From NCBI GenBank assembly GCA_052033835.1, contig JBPOJG010000025.1, positions 1,763 through 65,762 on the forward strand: DNA of 64,000 nucleotides, given 5' to 3'. The notes beneath the pieces are model-generated. The model worked only from the letters and a program-made list of their open reading frames with translations. It made no database searches and was not told the origin of the DNA. Position numbers and translations under genes: made by a program. This document shows, in pieces, positions 1 to 8,130 of this stretch (positions are counted from its first letter, which is position 1; the number at the start of each line of letters is the position of its first letter). This DNA comes from Spirochaetota bacterium. Its GTDB lineage: Bacteria > Spirochaetota > Leptospiria > Leptospirales > Leptospiraceae.

Positions 1-2
1 CT

Positions 3-119
3 AAGGCAAAGAAATCCTCTTTCAGTCTGAAGAAAAAGGCTGTCCTTATGGAAAACTTCAAGGCCGGTGAAAATGAAGTGAAAATTCCAGGAAAGAAAGA
101 TTCCTCATTTTCTTACTGA
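3..119 (+). CDS. 3' end of a CDS that starts left of the window (product unknown)
   Basis: Frame 3 is open from the window edge (..KIPGKKDSSFSY) and stops at TGA 117-119. Too short to assign. Confidence 0.3.
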   Translation, partial: KAKKSSFSLKKKAVLMENFKAGENEVKIPGKKDSSFSY

Positions 120-250
120 CTTTTTACGATCATAAACTTGCATATGATCCGGCTCAGGGAAATTCCTCTTCTCATATCCAGAAGATGTTTCAGTTCATCC
201 TGAGTCGGCTATCCAGTTTTTTTAAAAGAAAAAATGCAGCTGCTCAATCT

Positions 251-322
251 AGCAGCACCCAGCTCCACGCAGTTACCATTAACCCATGTTTCACCTACGG
301 GCGGTTTCGCAAGTATGGAAAC
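251..322. repeat. Modular intergenic repeat, copy 1 (modules D+B, inverted orientation)
   Basis: The reverse complement of ccattaacccatgtttcacctacgggcggtttcgcaagtatggaa closely matches cttccatacttgcgaaaccgccggtaggcgtgaaatgttggttaa at 63483-63528. Confidence 0.8.
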
Positions 323-450
323 TATTAGCGCCGGAACATCCCATTAAAATCATTCTCATTTTAAAAATGCTGCAGATGAGAGTCTTTTTCATCTACTTAT
401 CCGGCAGATCCTCTATACTAAGACCTGAAGTAGAAATGAAGTTTTCTCGA

Positions 451-753
451 CTACTGAAATTTTTCCTTTCTGAGAACCTTCACTTCCTGCAGAAATGCAA
501 TCATCTTGTATTTTGGAAAATATTCTTTTTGTAGAAATTCCATTATAGACTCAGCCAGCTCCTGTTTTGCCAGAATTTCTATCCGAATATTTCTGCCTTC
601 CCAGTTATCTGCCCTTCTTGTGCTTAGACCCTCTCCGTGAGCCTCACTGACTGTATAACCTTTCATTCCCAGAGCTTTCAGATCCTGAATCAGTGCATCT
701 TCCAGAGAATCCAGTGCTATGACTGTAACCAATTGAACTGTGCTTAAATTCAT
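451..753 (-). CDS. P-II-like signal protein (SbtB-like partner of the bicarbonate permease)
   Basis: 100 aa with a P-II-like pattern (VTVIALDSLEDALIQDLKALGMKGYTVSEAHGEGL..., T-loop-like STRRADNWEGRN). Overlaps the upstream permease gene by 4 nt. Confidence 0.65.
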   Translation of the reverse strand: MNLSTVQLVTVIALDSLEDALIQDLKALGMKGYTVSEAHGEGLSTRRADNWEGRNIRIEILAKQELAESIMEFLQKEYFPKYKMIAFLQEVKVLRKEKFQ

Positions 754-1727
754 ACGGACACTCCATAAATTAATTTTGCTATATTTGTATATATCGGAAA
801 TCCCAGTACGATGTTGAATGGGAATGTGATCGCGAGAGAAGAGGTCAGATAGTAGGAAGTGTTAGCCTCAGGGATGGCAATTCTTACGGCCGCCGGTGCT
901 GCGATATAAGAGGCACTTGCACATAGCACACCGAAAATGATCGACCCTCCCATAGAAAGTCCAATCAGTCTGCCTAATGCCATACCTATGGTAGAATGAA
1001 TCACAGGCATCATCAGTGCAAAGCAGAACAGGAAAACTCCTGCTTTCTTTAAGTCCTCAAGTTTTCTGCCTGTGACCATTCCTACTTCCAGAAGAAACAG
1101 AGTAAGAACTCCTTTGAATGGTGTGTCAAAAAGAGGTGCGACCTGCTCAAATCCCTTTTTTCCACTGAGCATTCCTATTATCAGTCCGCCTATCAAAAGA
1201 ACAGTTCCTTTTCCGGTAAACAGTTCATGGAAGAGTTTTTTATAAGAAGATTTATCATTCTTGATATGAATTCTTGCCAGAAAAATTGCCACCAGAATTC
1301 CGGGTATTTCCATAATTGCAAGCATTGTAGGCATATAACCTTCGAATGATATGTTTCTCTGCTCGAGAAATGTAAGAGCGGCACTGAAGGTGACAACAGA
1401 CACAGAGGCGTAATGAGCTGCAATTGCTGCCGAATCCGATGCATTGAATTTTCCCAGTCTGTTCAGTATGAAAAATGACCAGACCGGAATCAATGAACAC
1501 ATCAGAATTGCAATCATCGCCGGTTTAAAAAATTCCGCTATCGGTGTGGAAGAAAGTTTGACTCCTCCTTTTATCCCGATTGCAAGAAGAAGATAAATCG
1601 TGAGTCCGATATACAGTCCTTCCGGTACTTTCAGATCACTTTTTATCAGAGTGGCAAATATGCCCAGAGCAAAGGCCAGCACCATCGGTGTCATAAGACC
1701 ATTCATTAAAGAATCTATCATTTCCAT
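750..1727 (-). CDS. sbtA: Sodium-dependent bicarbonate transport family permease (SbtA-like)
   Basis: 325-aa polytopic membrane protein. The N-terminus (PMVLAFALGIFATLIKSDLKVPEGLY) and overall layout are typical of the SbtA/DUF897 family. Coupled to a P-II-like gene. Confidence 0.65.
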   Translation of the reverse strand: MEMIDSLMNGLMTPMVLAFALGIFATLIKSDLKVPEGLYIGLTIYLLLAIGIKGGVKLSSTPIAEFFKPAMIAILMCSLIPVWSFFILNRLGKFNASDSAAIAAHYASVSVVTFSAALTFLEQRNISFEGYMPTMLAIMEIPGILVAIFLARIHIKNDKSSYKKLFHELFTGKGTVLLIGGLIIGMLSGKKGFEQVAPLFDTPFKGVLTLFLLEVGMVTGRKLEDLKKAGVFLFCFALMMPVIHSTIGMALGRLIGLSMGGSIIFGVLCASASYIAAPAAVRIAIPEANTSYYLTSSLAITFPFNIVLGFPIYTNIAKLIYGVSV

Positions 1728-1752
1728 TATTTTTTGTCCTTCTTTACTGTAT

Positions 1753-2067
1753 TTAAGAAATTATCAGGCAGTATTTACACCTTTCCTGTTTCAAGATGAA
1801 TAAATCACCGAGTCCCTGATCAAAAATAATCTCATTCGGAACTCTTGAATCAGAACACCCGACGATAACTGCAAATGGTTTCTGACCTGCAGACAGTTCC
1901 TTTATTTTCTCGGGAGTCTGATTCGGGTGAATTGATTTTCCCTGAGTGAACCTTTTATTCCCTTCGATCAGCCTGCTGAGTGCTTCATCCGGACTGATTT
2001 CAGACTGAACTGAGCTGACAATACTCAGGAAAATAATCAAAGCTGAACTTATCTGTTTCATTTTCAT
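1753..2067 (-). pseudogene. Beta-carbonic anhydrase, 3'-truncated (N-terminal ~100 aa only)
   Basis: Signal peptide, then EGNKRF...GQKPFAVIVGCSDSRVPNEIIFDQGLGDLF. Homology stops where (V/I)RNAGN should follow. The HxxC zinc-ligand half is absent, and only about 25 nt separate the stop from the sbtA start. Confidence 0.65.
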
Positions 2068-2415
2068 TTAACCTCCTGTATCTTACGGCAGAGTGGCAGG
2101 GGTATTTACAGTGTCCTGACACTTGACCGTAATTACCATAGTATTAGACATGAAATAAAACACAACACTTTTAAAGCATGAAATTAAATTCATGTATTAA
2201 GATGCAGTATACTCCTCTGAAACACTGAATTTCAGACTGCTTAGGGTTGATTCGGATTGGTTCTTTATCCTGATATTCACAAATAGAGTGTTTTTTCCTG
2301 CAGACAGGCTTGATTTCATTGAGTCGAAAAAGAATAATCCGCAAAGGCTTTTGAAAATCAGCAGAATGGGATCAATAGCGAAGCGGCGAAGCGAAATCAG
2401 TGTTCCGCGAACCTG

Positions 2416-2727
2416 CTATTTGAGCAGTTTTAATAAATCCCCTATAGTTTTGTGGGATTCCAGTTTATGTCTAAGAGGAATATTATCAAAAACTTTATAT
2501 TTATTGCGTCGACCCTCTTTGAATCGGACAAGGACATTGGCTGCCTCAAGGTCTTCGATAATTCGAATGACTGCCCTTTCCGTTATGCCGACATTAAATG
2601 CCAGATCGCGCAGACGCACATTCTCATCTCGATACAGGCAGATGAGCACATGAGCATGGTTGCTCAAAAAAGTCCATTCCTGTTTGCCGGACAATGTTTC
2701 TACTGCTCTGCTGTTTTTTTTGGGCAT
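2416..2727 (-). CDS. Winged-helix (ArsR/MarR-like) transcriptional regulator
   Basis: 103 aa with an HTH-like stretch, LRDLAFNVGITERAVIRIIEDLEAANVLVRFKEGRRNKY. Confidence 0.55.
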   Translation of the reverse strand: MPKKNSRAVETLSGKQEWTFLSNHAHVLICLYRDENVRLRDLAFNVGITERAVIRIIEDLEAANVLVRFKEGRRNKYKVFDNIPLRHKLESHKTIGDLLKLLK

Positions 2728-2922
2728 AAGAATAAGCTAACATTTTCTTGAGCTGAACAAATTGTCAATAGAATTGAAAATTTTTGTATGGCGGATTTTA
2801 TCTTTGGCTTGAAATCAAACAGGAAAAACTGATTCTGCATTGAAGAGCGGAATCCGAATCTGTACGGGTTTCACATTCGTTTATCAGGAATAAAGTTTTG
2901 TCAGTAGGGAGTGGTTTTGTAA

Positions 2923-4932
2923 ATGAGTGATCCAAAAAAAATAGATTTGGGAAATCAGAAGCTGAAATTTATTCCAGAGGAATTGTTTGCAAAGACGGAT
3001 ATCACTGAACTGAATCTGAGCTCTAATGAAATTTCTGTAATTCCGGAGAAGATAGGAAAACTGAAAAACCTGAAAAGGCTTCGACTGATGGGAAATCCGA
3101 TTTCCTCTCTTCCGGAAAGTCTGCAGGAACTCAGAAAACTGGAAAACATTGATCTTTCCAGTACAAATATAAAAAACCTTCCATCGTCCCTGTTTTCCGT
3201 CGTCGGGTTAAAAGAAATCAGTCTATGGGGGACATCATTAGAATATATACCAGAGGAAATCGGAAATCTGAAAAACCTGATTTCCCTGTCCGTATGGACT
3301 GATCATCTTCCAAATTCCATCGGAAATCTGATTCATTTGGAACGGCTGCATTTGACAGGAAAAAATCTGAGATCAATTTCGTCTCAGATAGGGAATCTCA
3401 TTTCTCTAGAATCATTATTTTTAAATCATACGAATATAGAAAATATACCGGATACATTCGGGAATCTTCTGAATCTGAAGACGGCTGATCTTTCGGCAAA
3501 CAGCCGTCTGAGAGATATTCCGGCTTCCATAGGGAAACTGAAAAAATTAGAAAAACTGAATCTTATGTTCTGTGATCTGAAATCTGTTCCGGAAGAAATC
3601 GGTCATCTGAATTCGCTGAAAGAACTGCAGATCCAGACTGCATCACTGCCCTCATCAGTCGGAAAACTGAACTCTCTGGAGATTCTGGTTCTGTCCTCCC
3701 TGCAGTCGGCAGATCTTCCTGTTGAAATTCAGCAGTTGATTCATTTAAAGATTTTGAAAATTATGGATACTCAGATTGAGTCGATTGATCTCGATTTCGG
3801 AAAATTCCAGAATTTGAATGAACTTGGTATTTCGAGGAATTTCAATCTGACGAGAATGTCCGGTTCTATAGGAGAATCTTCTGTAAGAAAAATATATTGT
3901 AATGATAATCCTCAATGGAAGAGTCTGCCGGAGGAATTGGGACAGTGCCGATTTTTGGAAGACATTGAGATGATTTATTCTGATTTCGATGAACTTCCGG
4001 AATCCCTGTCTCAGTTGAAATCTTTGAAAAAGCTTCGTTTTGCGTGGAATAAGAATCTGAAGAATCTTCCATTTTCGGAAGAGCAGACGGAGAATCTTGA
4101 TTATCTAGATCTGGATGAAAATCAGAATCTTTCAGTACCTGCCTATTTTCAGAAAATTCCTTCCGGAATTCTTTCATCACCTGCAAAGAATCTAATCATT
4201 AGAATGTATCCCAAAGTGTATTCATCAAAGCAGGAGATTATGGATAAAATGATTTCTGAACTGAATGAAGGAGTTGAACATTTTGAATTTCCATATTGGG
4301 ATGATTATTCCACATATCACAGTGCTGTAGGAAAGATGAGGCTGTCCGCTTTTTATTCAGACGAGGGAATGGCGCTTATTTTTGAGTCGATTGAATACAG
4401 TTCCGGGGCTGGTGAAATCTCGGACTGTGCCAGAGGGTTTGCCACATTCAGTATTTCAGAAAGGATGCCGAATATAGAAAATTCCATACGAATTGTAATG
4501 AATGATTATAAATTGGAAAGAGATACGATATTCCGTTTAGAGCTGAGCGGTGAGATGTTTGCGATCTCTCTGGATTCTGAATTCATTGATTTTTGTGAAT
4601 CTCATATCAACAGTACTGGGGATAAACCTATTGACGAAGCTGTTCTTCTTTTTAAAATTGCAGAGACAGTTCCTTCTGAAAAACTTTTTCCAGACATCAG
4701 GGAAATCCGAAAAGTTTTTCAAATTCCAGAAACAATGGAGCATATTTATTCTGTAACTGAATGGCGTCATCCTACTGCGGATGAAATTTTTGGAGAAGAG
4801 AAAAAGATGGAAGAATATGAATCCATAAAGGAGCTTATAAAGGCAGCTTCTGAAAATCGTAAGCCTTTTCTGAATGAGGAATCGAATACGGATTGGAAAA
4901 AAATGTTCCGTGTTTCTAACTGCTCAGCCTAA
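2923..4932 (+). CDS. Leucine-rich-repeat protein with an unassigned ~240-aa C-terminal domain
   Basis: About 17 LxxLxLxxNxLxxLPxxIGxL repeats over aa 1-420. No signal peptide (MSDPKKIDLGNQKLKFIPEELF). The C-terminal 240 aa is non-repetitive. Confidence 0.85.
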   Translation: MSDPKKIDLGNQKLKFIPEELFAKTDITELNLSSNEISVIPEKIGKLKNLKRLRLMGNPISSLPESLQELRKLENIDLSSTNIKNLPSSLFSVVGLKEISLWGTSLEYIPEEIGNLKNLISLSVWTDHLPNSIGNLIHLERLHLTGKNLRSISSQIGNLISLESLFLNHTNIENIPDTFGNLLNLKTADLSANSRLRDIPASIGKLKKLEKLNLMFCDLKSVPEEIGHLNSLKELQIQTASLPSSVGKLNSLEILVLSSLQSADLPVEIQQLIHLKILKIMDTQIESIDLDFGKFQNLNELGISRNFNLTRMSGSIGESSVRKIYCNDNPQWKSLPEELGQCRFLEDIEMIYSDFDELPESLSQLKSLKKLRFAWNKNLKNLPFSEEQTENLDYLDLDENQNLSVPAYFQKIPSGILSSPAKNLIIRMYPKVYSSKQEIMDKMISELNEGVEHFEFPYWDDYSTYHSAVGKMRLSAFYSDEGMALIFESIEYSSGAGEISDCARGFATFSISERMPNIENSIRIVMNDYKLERDTIFRLELSGEMFAISLDSEFIDFCESHINSTGDKPIDEAVLLFKIAETVPSEKLFPDIREIRKVFQIPETMEHIYSVTEWRHPTADEIFGEEKKMEEYESIKELIKAASENRKPFLNEESNTDWKKMFRVSNCSA

Positions 4933-4935
4933 CGT

Positions 4936-5030
4936 CAGCGACTTCAAAGCTTGCTTCGTAGTTACTTTTAACCCACTTTTCACGCGGGATGTTGATACCT
5001 GCCCGCGGTTTCGCAAATATGGAAGCTCAC
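4936..5030. repeat. Modular intergenic repeat, copy 2 (modules D+B, inverted)
   Basis: cagcgacttcaaagcttgcttcgtagttacttttaaccc...cgcggtttcgcaaatatggaagc is the reverse complement of the 63461-63557 copy, with a small insertion. Starts 4 nt after the LRR gene stop. Confidence 0.85.
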
Positions 5031-5075
5031 TCGGTAAAATTGAAATATTCTGCCGAGCAGCTGCCGTATTTCACA

Positions 5076-5414
5076 TCATCTCTTAAAAGAAAAAAGATTT
5101 GTGGAAGACTCATTCCCTACGAAAATTCCATCCAGATCAAAACCAAGTTCCTTTAAGTACAGAAGTCTGTAGGATTCAGTTTCGTCATCAGAATGAAATG
5201 TGAGTTCCATCTCATTCCAGAAATTTTCAGGTGTCCAGCCGAACCCCAGATTTTTATCCAGATACTGAATTGCATTCAGAACAGGGGCATTCAGAAAAAA
5301 GGATACAATGTCAATCAGAGCTTCTTTTTCATCCATTGCTCTGATCTGTCTGTAGAAATGAGTTTCAAAAAATCTTGAGTTGAATGTGAACTTGCATAAA
5401 TAATTCTTAATCAT
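5076..5414 (-). CDS. Hypothetical protein
   Basis: ORF with GGGAG 6-7 nt upstream of the ATG at 5414. The longer start at 5471 has no SD. No recognisable motifs. Confidence 0.45.
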   Translation of the reverse strand: MIKNYLCKFTFNSRFFETHFYRQIRAMDEKEALIDIVSFFLNAPVLNAIQYLDKNLGFGWTPENFWNEMELTFHSDDETESYRLLYLKELGFDLDGIFVGNESSTNLFSFKR

Positions 5415-5599
5415 AATTTTCTCCCTTTTTCCTTCCTTGAATGACTGCGGAATATCGATCCGTTCTTTCATTTACAAGTATACCGATGATCAGGACAAAA
5501 TAAGACTGATTGTAAAGAAAATTTTAGAAAAATCTTCATCTTTATATCCGAAAGATTTCTTATAAATCTGAAGCCGTTGAAAAATCAGGAAATCATTAC

Positions 5600-5872
5600 T
5601 CAGATTAAAATATAATGTATCCCCAAAAATCTCAATAATTTTCTCCAGGGTTTTTTCTGTTTTTTCTGGAATTCTGCATACTCTCTTTTCATTTTATAAC
5701 TTGAGGAGGCAAGCTCAAGTCCTTCCTTGTCGATTGTAATCATCTCTTCGGTTTCTTTGGAACTGAGTCCGAACTTAAGGCAGGATTTTTCTCTGTCTGA
5801 ATAAAAAGCCGTCTTGAATTTTTCGTCTGTGTACAAAAGTGCAAGAAATGTTTCAAACTTGGGTGAACTCAT
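5600..5872 (-). CDS. Small helical protein coupled to the DUF692 gene (weak LigA-subunit-like pattern)
   Basis: 90 aa. The ATG at 5872 follows GAGGAAGG and lies 20 nt inside the DUF692 3' end. FETFLALLYTDEKFKTAFYSDREKSCLKFGLSSKETEEMITID resembles small LigA-like helical proteins. Confidence 0.5.
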   Translation of the reverse strand: MSSPKFETFLALLYTDEKFKTAFYSDREKSCLKFGLSSKETEEMITIDKEGLELASSSYKMKREYAEFQKKQKKPWRKLLRFLGIHYILI

Positions 5873-6797
5873 AGATTGACCTTCCTCTCTTCACTGTTTC
5901 TTCTGCACGATGAAGTTCGTCTAGTATCTGTGTGAAAGCAGGATAATTTCCGTCTCTTTCCAGAATCACATCAAAGCTGTTTCTGTGGACTGAGGATGTT
6001 AATTCCAGAAGTTCGTATACTTTTTCAGGAACAGCGTGCCTGTGAGTGTCTAGAACAGTATTCCCGACACGTCTGCCTCCTGCAATATGGACAGTGCCTA
6101 TTTTACCTTGCGGGATAGATAATATAAACTGCTTAGGATCAAAATGGAAATTCACAGAGTCTGCATACAGATTGTGCAGATCCAGAAGAATCCTGTTTTC
6201 CGCAGTCTCGGAGATTTTCTGCATCCATTCTGTATGAGAAAAATGACTCGCGGGTGGATCAACTGGAGATGCCGGATTTTCGAGGCTCGGAGAAATCCCA
6301 ATGATCTTTTTTGTCTTCTCCAGATTTGCGAGAAGTCCTTCCAATGTGTTCTGATTTCTGGGAGGTGCACCCAGATGATGAAGCTCCACACCGAGTCCTC
6401 TCACAAATGCAATATGTTCAGACCAGTACTGCGGGCGTATGAGATGAATGAGTTTTGCAAAACGGGAAAGTCTTTTTTCTGCAACTGGAATCGTGGAGGC
6501 AAGTCCAAGTTCGATTCCGTGCAGAGTGATCGGAGACTGAGAGGAAATAAATTTCAGAAGCTGAATGTCTTTTCGGGAAAAATCCAGATAGTCGTCAATG
6601 ATGACTTCGAGAATTGCGATCTTATCCAGATGTTTCAGAATGGCTGAAGAGATTTCATTTCTCCAGCCGAGTCCAATCCTGACTTCAGTCTCCGCCGCCG
6701 CCACAGCCGCCCCCACATCCTCCGCCGCAGCTGCTTCCTCCGTCTGAAGAACTGCAGGAAGAACCCGAGCTGCAGGATGATCCGCAGGAGGAATCAC
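5853..6797 (-). CDS. DUF692 family (MbnB/TglH/BufB-like, TIM-barrel multinuclear-iron) enzyme; start uncertain
   Basis: The family motif series is present: IGLGWR, ILEVIIDDY, LHGIELGLAS, YWSEHIAF, LENPAS, LLDLHNLYADS, TVHIAGG. No in-frame ATG near the N-terminus. GTG candidates lie at 6797, 6716 and 6704. Confidence 0.8.
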   Translation of the reverse strand: MIPPADHPAARVLPAVLQTEEAAAAEDVGAAVAAAETEVRIGLGWRNEISSAILKHLDKIAILEVIIDDYLDFSRKDIQLLKFISSQSPITLHGIELGLASTIPVAEKRLSRFAKLIHLIRPQYWSEHIAFVRGLGVELHHLGAPPRNQNTLEGLLANLEKTKKIIGISPSLENPASPVDPPASHFSHTEWMQKISETAENRILLDLHNLYADSVNFHFDPKQFILSIPQGKIGTVHIAGGRRVGNTVLDTHRHAVPEKVYELLELTSSVHRNSFDVILERDGNYPAFTQILDELHRAEETVKRGRSIYEFTQV

Positions 6798-7584
6798 TTC
6801 CCCATGAGGAACTCCACGAATTGGAATAGGATCTGGGATACAGTTCCTGCATAAAGGAAAACTCTGTGCCGAAAGCAGTGATGCCGAGAACTGCCGCTGC
6901 GAGATAAAGTCCTGAATCAGTTCCGGGCTGAGAGGAAACAGTTCTGTCTCTGTTGACTGTATTCTGAATGTCTCTTAAAAGTGTTTTTCCTTTTACTGTC
7001 TGTCTCGGATTCCAGGTGACCAGAAAAATGATAAAAAAGAATAATGTCAAAAGAATTAGAAAAAGCACATTTGTATGGCCGCTCATAATGCTCAGAAAAA
7101 TTCTTGTTCCGGAAAGACCGACGAGTGCCGTCAGGGAAAGAAGCAGAACTGTCATTCTCATATTTTTGATCTGATCATCCGGAATGAGCTGAAGTTTTTT
7201 TAATGTATTCTCGTATTTTCTGCATACAGCCTGTACATCCAAATCCGTAAAGACGCTGAACGCATCCTTTTCGAAGGAGAAATGTTGCAGAACGGTCTTT
7301 TCTAGAGGATTGTCCTCAAGTGTGATATGTGCATCGCTTCTAAGCAGGTTCTGTCCGTTTTTTTCGAGAGCATTTCTGTGAAGAAGAGATGCCACAGAGA
7401 GACGGACAGTTTCCTTGTCGCCCGCACGGAGCATACTGAATATATATGGATCTGTCAGGGGGACTTTAGGAAGTTCTCCGTTTTCTTTCAGAAGTCGGAT
7501 AATGAAGGAGAGTAATAGAAGCACTGCCCCGAGTCCTGCGTAAAAACCCAGGAACTCAGGACCGTTTAAATGAAAAGGATTCAT
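6685..7584 (-). CDS. TIGR04222-like membrane protein with a Ser/Gly/Cys-rich C-terminal tail
   Basis: N-terminal TM (FLGFYAGLGAVLLLLSFII), an LTDPYIFSMLRAGDKETVRLSVASLL motif and central TMs. The tail is SSWSSSWGSDSSCGSSCSSGSSCSSSDGGSSCGGGCGGGCGGGGD, with 6 Cys in the last 33 aa. Confidence 0.7.
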   Translation of the reverse strand: MNPFHLNGPEFLGFYAGLGAVLLLLSFIIRLLKENGELPKVPLTDPYIFSMLRAGDKETVRLSVASLLHRNALEKNGQNLLRSDAHITLEDNPLEKTVLQHFSFEKDAFSVFTDLDVQAVCRKYENTLKKLQLIPDDQIKNMRMTVLLLSLTALVGLSGTRIFLSIMSGHTNVLFLILLTLFFFIIFLVTWNPRQTVKGKTLLRDIQNTVNRDRTVSSQPGTDSGLYLAAAVLGITAFGTEFSFMQELYPRSYSNSWSSSWGSDSSCGSSCSSGSSCSSSDGGSSCGGGCGGGCGGGGD

Positions 7585-7585
7585 T

Positions 7586-8026
7586 TCATTTGTCCAGAGG
7601 AATGATCAGGACAGGAACCTTGGATTCGTTTACAATCACTCCGTCTACGTCATTTACAAAAATCTTATATAATAAACCATGCTTATGATGACCGAGGATG
7701 ATCAGGTCGATCCCGAGTTTTTCCGATTCCTTCAGAATTGCATCTGTTGCTGCTCCCTGAATCAGAAATCCGTCACATTCAATGTTTCTTGCTCTCAGTT
7801 CATCAAGATGCTTGAGGATGATTTTGTGCTCTTTTTTCAGTTCCTTTGCTCTGAAATCTCTGACATGCTGAGGACCGACATCATAGCCGATGAATTCGGG
7901 GTTCGGCATTGCGATATGGACAATCCAGATTTTGGAACCGAATTTTTCGGAAATTTCAACGGCTTTTTTCAGAAGAACAGAGGACTCCTTGTCTTCGAAA
8001 TTGATGGCTACGAGTATATTTTTCAT
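7586..8026 (-). CDS. Universal stress protein (UspA family)
   Basis: 146 aa. ILVAINFED..., DLIILGHHKHG and VPVLIIP are typical USP motifs. The stop lies 1 nt from the next gene's ATG. Confidence 0.85.
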   Translation of the reverse strand: MKNILVAINFEDKESSVLLKKAVEISEKFGSKIWIVHIAMPNPEFIGYDVGPQHVRDFRAKELKKEHKIILKHLDELRARNIECDGFLIQGAATDAILKESEKLGIDLIILGHHKHGLLYKIFVNDVDGVIVNESKVPVLIIPLDK

Positions 8027-8130
8027 GAGAATCCTTCCTTCCTAAATCAAAAATCTTCCTCATTTAGAGTCAACCGCTTTTCCTCAAATTCACTGCTTGA
8101 CTGATAAAAGAGACGTTTATAATCAGCCAT

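Noticed and set aside
286-534. The plus-strand ORF at 286-534 and the minus-strand ORF at 63428-63676 share the peptide AVSQVWKL.
   Set aside because: The shared peptide comes from module D of the DNA repeat, read in the same relative frame. Outside the module the two ORFs are unrelated, and the first overlaps the P-II-like gene's 3' region in antisense.
6144-6647. A 167-aa plus-strand ORF inside the DUF692 gene.
   Set aside because: It runs antisense to an ORF carrying the complete DUF692 motif series, and it has no motifs of its own.
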